A stretch of 62,090 bases of DNA from Myxococcales bacterium (GTDB lineage Bacteria > Myxococcota_A > Polyangia > JAAYKL01): NCBI GenBank assembly GCA_012522445.1, contig JAAYKL010000028.1, positions 1 to 62,090 of the forward strand, written 5' to 3'. The position numbers and the translations under genes were made by a program. Below, piece after piece: positions 8,725-18,466 of this stretch. The stretch's first letter is position 1; the number at the start of each line of letters is the position of its first letter. The notes beneath the pieces were generated by a model. That model was not told the origin of the DNA. It did no database searches and saw only the letters and a program-made list of their open reading frames with translations.

Positions 8725-10224
8725 ATGAAACACCTTCACATCATTGCTCCCATCATCGTCGCGCTGCAACTCCTGGCGTTGACCGCTGTCGCTGCCGACC
8801 CCGAAGGTCCGCCAGCCATCTCCTCCCACGACGCCCCGGCACGCGCCGAAATGCCGGTGCTCACACTGGAAGCCTGTGTCGCCAAGGCCATCGCCAACAG
8901 CACCAAGCTCTCTGCCGAGCGCCACCGCCTAGCGGCCATGGAAGCCCAACGAAAACAACTGCAATGGTTTCCCTTCTCAATGATCGAACTCAGGGGCATG
9001 TTCACGATGGTGCCTGATAAGTGCGCCGATATGACAGGTGGCCTTCTAACGTCATGCGACAGCGACGGCGGCATCCCCAGCGATTACGACTTCAAAAATC
9101 GCACCTGGGGCCCCAGCTTCCACATCGGGCTCGACGTGACGCTGCCCATTCCCGTCTCCAAAAAAATGCACGCCGCCAACAAGGCCGTGCGCGCGGGCAT
9201 CGCCGCCAAAGACGCCATGTTCCCCAAGATGACCGACGAAATTCGATACAACGTGCACCGCGCCTGGCACGCTGTCATTGGGGCCCGCGAAATGCTCTAC
9301 ACCTTGTCCGAAGGCTCTCGTCACCTGGCCAATGCCCGCACCCGACTCGAAGAGAACCTCGAAAAACAAGAGGGCACCGAGACCGAAGTCGACCTCATCA
9401 AATTGAAAGTCTTTGAAGCCCAACTCGCCGCCATGGTCACGCAGGCCGAACAAATCGAAAGGACCGCTCTCTCCGCCCTGGCCTTCCTCATCGGCGCCCC
9501 GAGCCGCGACGCCCTAAACCTGCCCGAAGACCCGCAAGAGATGCTCGGTTTCGAACTCCAAAGCCTGCAAGACTACCAGCAACAAGCCCTCGAGAATCGC
9601 CCTGAGTTCGAAGCCCTGCGCCACGTGGTCAAGGCCATGAACGCCAAGCTCGAGATGGCCCGCGCTGGCTTTGCCCCCGATGTGGCGCTCGTGGTGAACT
9701 GGCGCGGCGCCCACACCCCCGGCGTCACTGTCCGCGAACAAAAGCAAAGCAGCGATGGCACGGCCTACTACGACGACGCCTCCATCCCCTTTGTCTACCG
9801 CGACTCGTACAACTACGGCAGTTGGCTGCCGGGCATTGCGCTGGTGATGCGCTATCCGCTGGACATCGGCATGGATGTTCACCGCGTCAAAGAAGCCCGG
9901 GCGCAACTGGCGGCCACCATGCTCGATCAACAGCAAGCCATCGAAGGCATCCTCTTAGAAGTAGAAGCCACTTACATTGAGATCACCTCCATCGCTGCTG
10001 GCATCGACGCCTTGCACCAGGCGCGCCGCCTCGCCAAAGGCTGGATGGCCGCAGCCGTGCAAAACTACGCAACGGGTATCGGCAGTTCAAAAGATGTCAA
10101 AGACGCGCTAAAGGAGTACTTCGTCATCATGGCGCAGCTCCACCAAAAGATCAGCGAGTACAACATTGGTTTGGCGTCCCTGGAGCGCGTTACGGGGAGC
10201 CCCACACAGCCCATTGTCAATTGA
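8725..10224 (+). CDS. TolC-family outer-membrane efflux channel protein
   Basis: Signal peptide MKHLHIIAPIIVALQLLALTAVAA. Two OEP repeat halves with coiled-coil segments. Length is typical. Confidence 0.8.
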   Translation: MKHLHIIAPIIVALQLLALTAVAADPEGPPAISSHDAPARAEMPVLTLEACVAKAIANSTKLSAERHRLAAMEAQRKQLQWFPFSMIELRGMFTMVPDKCADMTGGLLTSCDSDGGIPSDYDFKNRTWGPSFHIGLDVTLPIPVSKKMHAANKAVRAGIAAKDAMFPKMTDEIRYNVHRAWHAVIGAREMLYTLSEGSRHLANARTRLEENLEKQEGTETEVDLIKLKVFEAQLAAMVTQAEQIERTALSALAFLIGAPSRDALNLPEDPQEMLGFELQSLQDYQQQALENRPEFEALRHVVKAMNAKLEMARAGFAPDVALVVNWRGAHTPGVTVREQKQSSDGTAYYDDASIPFVYRDSYNYGSWLPGIALVMRYPLDIGMDVHRVKEARAQLAATMLDQQQAIEGILLEVEATYIEITSIAAGIDALHQARRLAKGWMAAAVQNYATGIGSSKDVKDALKEYFVIMAQLHQKISEYNIGLASLERVTGSPTQPIVN

Positions 10225-10322
10225 AACATGAATATGCGGCGCCCCCTCTCGTCCATTGGTTACAATTGCATCGCCACCCCCAAGATGCGGGCGCCCAAGC
10301 CCTTTTAAGGAGAATCAACAAA

Positions 10323-10916
10323 ATGAAAACTGCACACCGCATGGCCTTGCCGATCCTATTTTGCATCACCCTGATGGCCCAAAACGCCCTGGCCAACAAC
10401 TCTCCCACTGCCTGGCTACAGTCGTTCGACAAAAAGCTGCAACCGCTGGTCAAAAACACCAAGCAAAACAACGCCAAAATTTTGCAGATTCTCAACCAGA
10501 TGATGAACTTCGACGCGCTCTGCCGCGCCTCATTGGGCAATCACTGGGACGCGCGCACCGAGGCCGAGCAAAAAGAATTCAGCCAAACCCTGCGCGCCCT
10601 GATTGAAAAAAATGTCGTCAAGCGCTTGGGCGACACGACGGGCAAAAACGCCAACGCCATCTCCTACACCGGCGAAAAAATCAACGGTGACAATGCCACG
10701 GTGACCACCATTGTCCGCGACGGACAGGGACCGCGCGCCGCCGAATTTGAAATTGTCTACAAGCTGGCCAAAAAGGGCAACGCGTGGATTGTCGTCGACA
10801 TGGACACCGACGGGGTCAGCCTCGTCTCCAATTACCGCTCTCAGTTTCACTCCATCATCACCAAGGAGGGCTTTGACAAGCTCATGCAAAAAATGAAGGA
10901 CAAGCTCGCCGAGTAA
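10323..10916 (+). CDS. mlaC: MlaC/Ttg2D-family periplasmic phospholipid-binding protein
   Basis: Signal peptide plus Ttg2D-like body (LQPLVKNTKQNNAKILQILNQMMNFDALCRASLGNHWD ... EFEIVYKLAKKGNAWIVVD). RBS AAGGAG upstream of ATG 10323. Confidence 0.75.
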   Translation: MKTAHRMALPILFCITLMAQNALANNSPTAWLQSFDKKLQPLVKNTKQNNAKILQILNQMMNFDALCRASLGNHWDARTEAEQKEFSQTLRALIEKNVVKRLGDTTGKNANAISYTGEKINGDNATVTTIVRDGQGPRAAEFEIVYKLAKKGNAWIVVDMDTDGVSLVSNYRSQFHSIITKEGFDKLMQKMKDKLAE

Positions 10917-10966
10917 TCCCCCTCCCCCGCACCGTCATCCCCTTAAAATCGCGTTTCCGCCCGGTA

Positions 10967-11713
10967 TTATGGCGCCACCACAAAAGGTTGTAGCCACGGG
11001 TCGACGACGCAAAAGGCCAACGCGAACAAAATGGCCGGGATGAAATTGGCGGTGCTGATGCGCTTGATTTGCAGCAAGTTGAAGCCAATCATCAAAATCA
11101 ACACGCCGCCCACGCCCTTGATTTCGGAGAGCATTAAATCGGTGATTACAGGAGCCACCCAAGTCGCTCCCAAAGTCAACGCGCCCTGATACAGCAGCAC
11201 AACCAGCGCCGAAAACGCGACGCCCAACCCCATGGTGGCGGCCAACAAAATCGCGACGAAACCGTCCATGGCCGACTTGATGAGCAGGAGGTCGTACTTG
11301 CCCTCCATGCCCGCTTGCAGGCACCCGAGAATGGTCATGGCGCCGACGCAAAACAACACGGACGCATCGAGAAATCCCCGGGCAAAGCGCGCCCCGTTTT
11401 CGCCCTCGCCCGCCGCATCGAGTCGCGCGACCCAAGGAATGCGCACAGACCAACCGCGCAACACATTGCCCAATTTTAAAATTCCCCCCTCGATATTTAG
11501 CCATGTGCCCACCAGCCCCCCCAGCACGAGCGACAAGACGAGGTACAGCATGCGCGCAGTGGCCAACCCCATGGAGAACCCGATGAGCAGCGTCGCCAGG
11601 CCGATGGCGGTGTACACCACCTCGCTCATCCGCGCGTGGATGCGCGTTTTGAAAAGCAGCCCCAGCAGAGAGCCGAAAAATACAGCAGCAGCGTTGATAT
11701 ATACAGCTATCAC
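10967..11713 (-). CDS. DUF554-family integral membrane protein
   Basis: Hydrophobic multi-TM protein (INAAAVFFGSLLGLLF...). GTG start at 11713 with RBS GAAAGG. The Met at 11791 would add a non-hydrophobic extension and overlap the upstream gene. Confidence 0.6.
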   Translation of the reverse strand: MIAVYINAAAVFFGSLLGLLFKTRIHARMSEVVYTAIGLATLLIGFSMGLATARMLYLVLSLVLGGLVGTWLNIEGGILKLGNVLRGWSVRIPWVARLDAAGEGENGARFARGFLDASVLFCVGAMTILGCLQAGMEGKYDLLLIKSAMDGFVAILLAATMGLGVAFSALVVLLYQGALTLGATWVAPVITDLMLSEIKGVGGVLILMIGFNLLQIKRISTANFIPAILFALAFCVVDPWLQPFVVAP

Positions 11714-11760
11714 AGGATGCCTTTCGGGAAGCGCGATGACGCCGATGACGCCCCTGGGAA

Positions 11761-12139
11761 TCAGGAGTCGGTGCGGCTCCACTCTTCGCAAAGACCCGCC
11801 AGGGGTACGACAATCACTTTGCGCTTGTGGAACGCGTGATAGGCCAACAGCGCAAGGGCGGCCAACGCCAGCAGTCCAACGAGCGCGGACAAGAAATTAA
11901 AGGCGATGCCGACGAACGGGATCATCGACAAAAAGCGGGTCGCCATGTGGGTGGTGAACCACACGCCCCATACCAACGAGGAAAGACAAGCACAGTGGCG
12001 GATGAAAAGGCTCCGTTTTTCCAAGAAGATGAACACAAAGCCAAACAAGCTCGCCAAGAGCGCCGCCTGTCGCAGCGACAACTTCACGCTGTGCGGCTCA
12101 TCTACAGCAGATTCAATTTTGTAAAACCGGGATATGGGC
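11761..12139 (-). CDS. Small integral membrane protein, function unknown
   Basis: 126 aa from MPISRFYK with 3-4 predicted TM segments. No motif recognised. Confidence 0.4.
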
Positions 12140-12232
12140 ATGCGCGTGCAACACTTTCTGCGCCAAAAAATCACACTCCCCCAAGGGACACCTGCGCAAG
12201 AGGCACCAAAAAACATCGAATGCGCACAATGG

Positions 12233-12676
12233 TCAATAGGGATTTAAACCGCTGGGTATCGTGTCGGAGTCTATTTCGTCTTCGGTTTTTTTGCCGGTAT
12301 CCTCGGGCGGTGGGTCATCTGCTGGGCAAAGGAATTGCTGGCAAGAAGCCAGTTCGTCAAAGGCGCAAACTTCTGTTTTCCCCTTCATATTGGCCACGCG
12401 CTGGCACTGTTCGGGGGTGCCGAGTTTGTCGATATCGGCAACGCAGGCATCCACTTGGACCGCGGTGAATTCGCTCTCGATCTTTCGCGTGCGGCAAAAT
12501 TCCCGGTAGTACATGGTGCAGCCGGAAACATCAAACGACGCATCGCAGCGGTGGCGCAACTCACAGCGCGCCGTTTCGACATCTATGCATTCGTCGTAGT
12601 GGGTGAGATCGCCCATACAGGCGGTAACCAACGCCGCAGCAGAGACGGCAAACCAAGTGAAGGCAAAGCGTTTCAT
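12233..12676 (-). CDS. Cys-rich (10 Cys) secreted lipoprotein, function unknown, immediately downstream of the response regulator
   Basis: Signal plus lipobox ALVTAC from MKRFAFTWFAVSAAALVTAC, followed by an acidic C-terminal tail. Confidence 0.55.
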   Translation of the reverse strand: MKRFAFTWFAVSAAALVTACMGDLTHYDECIDVETARCELRHRCDASFDVSGCTMYYREFCRTRKIESEFTAVQVDACVADIDKLGTPEQCQRVANMKGKTEVCAFDELASCQQFLCPADDPPPEDTGKKTEDEIDSDTIPSGLNPY

Positions 12677-12765
12677 AAGCGCAACGTAAAGAAGAACAGC
12701 ATCGCGGGTCAAGAAAGCGACAAAACAATGTGTCGGCCTACACAGAACACGCGCCTGCGTTGCGG

Positions 12766-13464
12766 CTACGGCTCGAGTTTGTAGCCGATTTGGCGCACCG
12801 TCACGATGTGCTTGGGCTTGGCGGGATTGCGTTCAATTTTTTGGCGCAGCGAAACAACGAAGTTATCGACGGTGCGGGTGGTGCCGTCGAAGTCATATCC
12901 CCAAACCGCATTTAAAATCGACTCGCGATCAAACGGACGTCCCGGAGCGCGCGCCAGCAGCAACAACAAATCAAATTCTTTGGCCGACAATTCGACGGGC
13001 GCGTCACCAAGCGTCACCTTGCGGTGCAAGGGGTCGATGGACACCTCGCCAAAGGCAATGGGCGCATCGTTTTTTTCGAACCGCCGATGGCGCCGCAGCA
13101 GGGCATCTACGCGGGCCAACAGCTCGCGCAACTCAAACGGCTTGGTCACGTAATCATCTGCGCCGAGTTCCAAGGCTTCTACCTTTTGCTCGATTTTTTC
13201 TCTGGCGCTGAGCACCAACACCGGGACGATGCGGTTGCGTGAGCGCAGCTCCGACAAGATGTCCAAGCCGCTAAACCCCGGCAGCATAATGTCCAAAATG
13301 ATCAAATCGGGATGGGCGTCAAAGGCCATGCGCATCGCCTCGTCGCCATCGTTGGCGCTGAGCACGCGGTATCCCTGCAGTTTCAAATTCAACACCAATC
13401 CATCGCGCACAGAGCGGTCGTCTTCAACAATGAGAATGGTCTCCAGCTTGTTGTTCTCAGTCAT
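12766..13464 (-). CDS. OmpR/PhoB-family response regulator (REC plus winged-helix)
   Basis: LIVEDD ... DLIILDIMLPG ... winged-helix C-terminus. The ATG overlaps the kinase stop (ATGA). Confidence 0.9.
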   Translation of the reverse strand: MTENNKLETILIVEDDRSVRDGLVLNLKLQGYRVLSANDGDEAMRMAFDAHPDLIILDIMLPGFSGLDILSELRSRNRIVPVLVLSAREKIEQKVEALELGADDYVTKPFELRELLARVDALLRRHRRFEKNDAPIAFGEVSIDPLHRKVTLGDAPVELSAKEFDLLLLLARAPGRPFDRESILNAVWGYDFDGTTRTVDNFVVSLRQKIERNPAKPKHIVTVRQIGYKLEP

Positions 13465-14426
13465 TCGCCTGCCCTTTGCCGTTCTCCCCCAAGGTTGTAT
13501 CCCGGAAAGTGCACCATAAAATCGGTGCCGCGCCCCAGGGTGCTTTCGACAAAAATTTGTGCGCGATGCTGCAGAACATGGTGACGCACAATGGCCAACC
13601 CCAATCCCGCACCAGCGGCCTTGCCCCGCAAACGAGAATCGATGCGGTAAAAAGGATCGAAGATTTTGCCCACTTCATTGCGTGGCATGCCGATGCCGTT
13701 GTCCGACACCCGCAGCTCCACACCGCCGTCAACATCGGCGAGCGCCACGCGAATGCGTTTGTCATTCCCGGTATACTTGTAGGCATTGACCAACAAATTG
13801 AGCACCAATGACAAAACCCCTTCTACGTCGTGCTGCACCGGTGTGTCGCTCTGCACATCGACCGTAAGCGTCACTTCATCGGGGGCCAGCATGCGGCCAA
13901 AACGCTCCACCGCCCCTAGCACCGCATTGCTCATCGGCTCGACCACGGTGACCGCTACCTCGCGATCCCTCGAGGCAGCGCGCCACGTCAAGACGCGATC
14001 TATGGAGGACTCCAGCCACTCGGTTTCGCGCACAATGGTTTCCGCGCTCTGGCGGATCAAGTCGGGAGATGTGTCCAGCCGCCCCATCTGCAGCGTTTGC
14101 GCGTACATGCGAATGGCGGTGAGCGGAGTGCGCAGCTCGTGCGTCATGTTGGACAGTAAGTCGGCCTGCTGTCGGGCCAAGCGATTGCGACGTCCCAACA
14201 ACACCGTTACCACTGTGGCACCGCCCAACGCCGCTGCGGTAAAGCAGATAATCAGTACGCCAAAGAGCGTTGACTCGGAAGAGCGTCCCAGCGCAATGGC
14301 GACAATCCCCACCGACGTAGACAGCAACACCGGCACCAACACCCCCACGGCCGTCGCGACAATGGCCCCGGTGAGGCTAAAACTCCGCCGGGATTTGTGA
14401 ACCGGAACACGGGCACGCTGGTCCAT
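13461..14426 (-). CDS. Sensor histidine kinase with a minimal periplasmic loop (two TM segments). Intramembrane-sensing type
   Basis: H-box HELRTPL plus HATPase N, G1 and G2 boxes. The N-terminal ~90 aa are two TM helices separated by a very short loop. Confidence 0.85.
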   Translation of the reverse strand: MDQRARVPVHKSRRSFSLTGAIVATAVGVLVPVLLSTSVGIVAIALGRSSESTLFGVLIICFTAAALGGATVVTVLLGRRNRLARQQADLLSNMTHELRTPLTAIRMYAQTLQMGRLDTSPDLIRQSAETIVRETEWLESSIDRVLTWRAASRDREVAVTVVEPMSNAVLGAVERFGRMLAPDEVTLTVDVQSDTPVQHDVEGVLSLVLNLLVNAYKYTGNDKRIRVALADVDGGVELRVSDNGIGMPRNEVGKIFDPFYRIDSRLRGKAAGAGLGLAIVRHHVLQHRAQIFVESTLGRGTDFMVHFPGYNLGGERQRAGE

Positions 14427-14458
14427 GGCAACCCTTTCTCAGCAGGTGCGATGTCGGA

Positions 14459-15961
14459 TTATTTTGCGCGGCGCCACCTGAACCCAAACCAGAGCAGCAA
14501 CGCGAAAAAGAGGCTCGGCCCCATCGGAAAAGAAGCGCTGCGTCCCGGCACAGCGCAATCACAGCCGCTGTCCAGGTATTTGTCTTCGCCCGAAACGTTG
14601 AGCACGACGTCCACCGTGGCGCGCTGCCCCGCTCCCTCCAGCGGCATGTCGTTGTCGTCGACACGGGTCGCCAGCAAGCGCAACACATAGCGACCGCTCA
14701 GGCTCGCCGCAAAGGTTGGGCTTTTGTCCACGTACTTGGTGCGCTCCTTGTCGCCGGACTTCACCACTGTTTTTTCGACGGGATAAACATACTCGTGGGC
14801 TGTGCTGCAAGACACCACGCCCGCAGCGTTTTCCAACACAATGCCCTCGGGATCGCCGGAGATCAGCACCCACTGATAAGCGATGCGCGCGTTTTCCAAG
14901 TTGGCAAAGAGGCGCAGCCGCTGCGGATCGAATTGGGTGTAAGCGGCGACAATCCCCGGCGAATACACCTGCAAGTCTGCGGTGGTCAAGTCGAGGCAGT
15001 TGGCGACGTCTCCCAAAACGACATAGCAATTGGTGAGCGCCCACTCTCCTGCGGACAGCGGTTGGGAAAAGTCGAAATCGCAGATATCGCCGATGCGATT
15101 TTTGTCATGATCGGTCTGATCGGGATTGTGCAACACCGCCAGCCATTGCGCGTCGGTCCAATCGGCAACATCAATCGGGTCGAGGCCTTGGGGAATGGCC
15201 ACCGACGCGTTGTGATTTTCGACGGCAGCCAAAAACGCGTAGTAAGCGCAGTTGTCGTGGATATCGGCAACGCCGTCGCCATCGGTGTCGGGATCGCAGG
15301 CGTCGCCCACGCCGTCGCCATCCATGTCGCGCTGGTCGGGGTTGTGCACAAATCGGCAGTTGTCGAGCGGCACAGACTGGCCGTCGATGTAGACAAAATC
15401 ATTAATGCCATCCCCATCGGAGTCGCCCGCACAAGAGGGGGCGGTGAGGTCGACGGTGCCATCATCGATTTGAATTTCGGGATCAAACGGGCAGGCGTCT
15501 TCCTCGTTGGGCACCCCATCGCCATCGATGTCGGGATCGCAGGCGTCGCCCACGCCGTCGCCATCCATGTCGCGTTGGTCGGGATTGTACACCAGTGGAC
15601 AATTGTCGTGTTCGTTGAGGATGAGATCGCCGTCGATGTCGGGATCACAGGCATCGCCCACACCGTCGCGATCCATATCGCCTTGGTCGGGGTTGTGTAC
15701 CAGCGGGCAGTTGTCGCAGACATCGCCGATGCCGTCGCCATCCACATCTGAGTTCGTCGTGTCGTAATGATATGGGCACAAATCGACCAGCGCTTCATCC
15801 GCGCAATTTTCTGCGTCATCACACAGGCCGTCTCCGTCCCAATCCCCCTGAGACAAGTATCCAGTGGCATGCGGATGACAAATATTTTCAGCGCTGACAG
15901 GTACGGCAAGCAGGGCTGCGCAAGCCAAGAACCCTGTTGATAAAAGGAAGATTCGGTACAT
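14459..15961 (-). CDS. Thrombospondin type-3 repeat (Ca-binding) exported protein with a MYXO-CTERM-like C-terminal sorting tail
   Basis: More than seven repeats of DxDxDGxxDxxDxC ([19 protein letters not shown]...). Signal peptide from [25 protein letters not shown]-terminus GCDCAV...[16 protein letters not shown]. Confidence 0.8.
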   Translation of the reverse strand: MYRIFLLSTGFLACAALLAVPVSAENICHPHATGYLSQGDWDGDGLCDDAENCADEALVDLCPYHYDTTNSDVDGDGIGDVCDNCPLVHNPDQGDMDRDGVGDACDPDIDGDLILNEHDNCPLVYNPDQRDMDGDGVGDACDPDIDGDGVPNEEDACPFDPEIQIDDGTVDLTAPSCAGDSDGDGINDFVYIDGQSVPLDNCRFVHNPDQRDMDGDGVGDACDPDTDGDGVADIHDNCAYYAFLAAVENHNASVAIPQGLDPIDVADWTDAQWLAVLHNPDQTDHDKNRIGDICDFDFSQPLSAGEWALTNCYVVLGDVANCLDLTTADLQVYSPGIVAAYTQFDPQRLRLFANLENARIAYQWVLISGDPEGIVLENAAGVVSCSTAHEYVYPVEKTVVKSGDKERTKYVDKSPTFAASLSGRYVLRLLATRVDDNDMPLEGAGQRATVDVVLNVSGEDKYLDSGCDCAVPGRSASFPMGPSLFFALLLWFGFRWRRAK

Positions 15962-16137
15962 TCTGTTGGCACTCCTCGTCTGCAGAAGACTGTGCATCGC
16001 ACTTAGTAAAAAAGACACGCGCTGGCAAAGAGTTTATCCCCTGCCCCGCGCATTTTCGCCGCGAAGCGCCGATTTCACACCACATTTCACAACGCATCCA
16101 CTATACTGCGCCAGTGGAAAAAAACTTCTTTACTCAT

Positions 16138-16599
16138 ATGCTGAGCACGCGCCTTGGGATCTCGTTTTTGCTGTTGTTCGCCGCGCTGGGCGGATGCGAC
16201 GATGCGACAGATGACGCCGCCAAGTACGACGACGAACGCGACGCCTGTGTGGCGCGCATCAACGCCTTTCGCGACACCCTCGACCTGCCCCCCTTGGAGC
16301 GCTGGCGAGATGGCGAGCGCTGTGCCGACGACGAAGCCAAAGCTGACAGCAAAACCAAGCGCGCCCACAGCGCATTTGGCTCTTGTGGCGAGCGCGCGCA
16401 AAACGAATGCCCGGGATGGGGCAGCCTCGAACAAGTGATCTCCGGCTGTCTGCAAATGATGTGGGACGAAGGCCCCGGAGAGCCCTATTCCGAACACGGG
16501 CATTTCCTCAACATGTCCAATACTTCCTACACCAGTGTTGCTTGCGGGTTTCACGTCACAGACGACGGCGCTGTTTGGGCCGTGCAAAACTTTAAATAA
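16138..16599 (+). CDS. CAP/SCP/PR-1-like domain lipoprotein (tentative)
   Basis: Lipobox LGGCDD. Body has CAP-like motifs (INAFRD...LPPLERW ... GHFLNMSNTSYTSVACG ... AVWAVQNF). Confidence 0.5.
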   Translation: MLSTRLGISFLLLFAALGGCDDATDDAAKYDDERDACVARINAFRDTLDLPPLERWRDGERCADDEAKADSKTKRAHSAFGSCGERAQNECPGWGSLEQVISGCLQMMWDEGPGEPYSEHGHFLNMSNTSYTSVACGFHVTDDGAVWAVQNFK

Positions 16600-16687
16600 C
16601 CCACCCCTGTTTTTCGCGAGCCCATCGGCGCACCCCATCGGCGAAGAGCATCTTGCCAACCCCCATTGATTCGGCCACACTCGGGAA

Positions 16688-17512
16688 ATGAAACACTGGA
16701 ACCATGTGGATGAAACTGCGAAATTCCTAGCCCAAACCCTCGGGCCACCTCCCCGCGTTGCCATCATACTGGGCTCGGGTTTGAGCGATGTCGGCGCGGC
16801 GCTCAGCGATGCGCGCACCGTCGCATTTCACGAGATCCCCCACTGGCCACCCTCCACCGTGGCAGGACACCCCGGCACCTTGCGTTGTGGACACCTCGCC
16901 GACACCCCAGTCGCCCTCCAGCTCGGCCGCGTCCACTTTTACGAGGGTCACTCGCCCGCCGACGTCGTCCTACCAATTCGCGCCCTCGTCACCTGGGGGG
17001 TCACCAACATCATTTTGACCAACGCCGCCGGTGGCATTAACGAAGACCACAAACCCGGCAGCCTGATGCTCATCGAAGACCACCTCAATTTAACGGGGCA
17101 AAACCCCTTGCTGGGGCCCAACGACGACCAGCGCGGACCGCGTTTCCCCGACATGAGCGAAATCTACGACCGCGCTTTGCGCGACCACGCCATGGCAGCC
17201 GCAGCGCAATTGAACATCTCACTTCACGTGGGCGTGTACGCGGGGCTCACCGGTCCCTCTTATGAAACCCCCGCCGAAATCCGCATGCTGCGTCGCTTGG
17301 GCGCCGATGCCGTAGGCATGTCCACCGTACTCGAAGCCATCGCCGCGCATCACATGGGCGCGCGCGTTCTCGGCATCTCCAGCATCACCAACGCCGCCGC
17401 GGGGCTCGCCACGGCCCCCTTATCCCACGACGACGTCCAACTGTTTGCGGCACGCGCCGCCGAAAACCTGGCCCGCCTCCTCGCCGCACTGCTCACACGC
17501 CTTGGGAGTTGA
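16688..17512 (+). CDS. Purine nucleoside phosphorylase (PNP/MTAP family)
   Basis: VAIILGSGLSD ... TNAAGG ... GMSTVLEA motifs of the trimeric PNP family. Confidence 0.85.
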   Translation: MKHWNHVDETAKFLAQTLGPPPRVAIILGSGLSDVGAALSDARTVAFHEIPHWPPSTVAGHPGTLRCGHLADTPVALQLGRVHFYEGHSPADVVLPIRALVTWGVTNIILTNAAGGINEDHKPGSLMLIEDHLNLTGQNPLLGPNDDQRGPRFPDMSEIYDRALRDHAMAAAAQLNISLHVGVYAGLTGPSYETPAEIRMLRRLGADAVGMSTVLEAIAAHHMGARVLGISSITNAAAGLATAPLSHDDVQLFAARAAENLARLLAALLTRLGS

Positions 17513-17516
17513 TGCC

Positions 17517-17927
17517 ATGCCAACCCCCATCCCCGAACCCATTTTAGAAGCGCTCATCGAAGCGGCCCATCGCGCCCGACAAAATGCCCACGCGCCCTAC
17601 TCGCAGTACTTGGTGGGGGCAGCGGTCTGGGCCAACCAACAAATCTTCGCAGGCTGCAATGTCGAAAACGCCGCCTATCCAGTGGGCATCTGTGCCGAGC
17701 GCGGTGCTTTGGCCGCTGCCGTTGCCCACGGCGCCACCGCCATCGACGCCCTCGTCATCGTCGCCCAGGACGCCGCATCTCCCTGCGGCATGTGTCGCCA
17801 AGCCATCGCCGAATTCGGTCCGCGCATCCCGGTGTGTCTGGTCAGCGCCACCGATGGCACGCGCATCCATACGGACATGGGCACCTTGCTCCCCATGCAG
17901 TTTTCACTGTCAACAGCACCACCATGA
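17517..17927 (+). CDS. cdd: Cytidine deaminase
   Basis: Zn-binding motifs CAERGA ... PCGMCRQ. About 136 aa from MPTPIPEPIL. Confidence 0.85.
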   Translation: MPTPIPEPILEALIEAAHRARQNAHAPYSQYLVGAAVWANQQIFAGCNVENAAYPVGICAERGALAAAVAHGATAIDALVIVAQDAASPCGMCRQAIAEFGPRIPVCLVSATDGTRIHTDMGTLLPMQFSLSTAPP

Positions 17928-18466
17928 AAACAGCCCTGCACGTGCACGTCCTTTGCTGGTTGTTCATCGCGGCTACCGCCCTGGCCTGCAGCGAGGAGCC
18001 CCACAACACCTACGCGCTCTGGCAACGCCACGAACACCCCGACGATCGCTTCCACCTCTATCTCCTCAGCCCCCCCTGGAAAGCCGCCGCTGAATCGACC
18101 CCTCCACACCCCCAATTTCTCCTCGAACCCCTGCCGTACAAGCCCGCCAAAGGCCCTGCGGCCACGATGCGCGCCGAGGCCTGGTGGGCGCCATCCACGA
18201 AGTCCACCGCGCAGCTCTCCGCGCGCCTGACACACTGGCAAAGCAAGGGCTACACCCTCGTCGACAAAGGCGAGAACCACAATGCGTTTTACCAAAAAGG
18301 CCTCGCATTGCAGATGGCCGCGCCGCCCTTCTGGGTCCGCGAGGTTTATTTCGACACGGCCAAAGGCACCGCCACGTTGTCTATTTGGGGACGCAGCGCC
18401 GCATATACCGATGACGTAGACGCCATGCTGGACGGCTTCGGTCCGCCCAAGGCAGGTGCGCGGTGA
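17924..18466 (+). CDS. Lipoprotein of unknown function. Its ATG overlaps the cdd stop
   Basis: Signal plus lipobox TALACS. ATGA overlap at 17924-17927. Confidence 0.5.
   Translation: MKTALHVHVLCWLFIAATALACSEEPHNTYALWQRHEHPDDRFHLYLLSPPWKAAAESTPPHPQFLLEPLPYKPAKGPAATMRAEAWWAPSTKSTAQLSARLTHWQSKGYTLVDKGENHNAFYQKGLALQMAAPPFWVREVYFDTAKGTATLSIWGRSAAYTDDVDAMLDGFGPPKAGAR

Noticed and set aside
8610-9017. 135-aa plus-strand ORF overlapping the 5' end of the TolC-like gene, and other 60-140-aa ORFs in intergenic or tRNA regions (for example 8130-8336, 8445-8726, 6779-6976)
   Set aside because: They overlap tRNA genes or better-supported CDS, lack an RBS, and have Arg/His/Pro-rich composition typical of GC-frame noise.
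10221-10916. MlaC ORF start at 10221 overlapping the TolC stop, suggesting a fusion or coupling
   Set aside because: The first 34 residues are not a signal peptide. A Met at 10323 preceded by AAGGAG begins a canonical signal peptide (MKTAHRMALPILFCITLMAQNALA).
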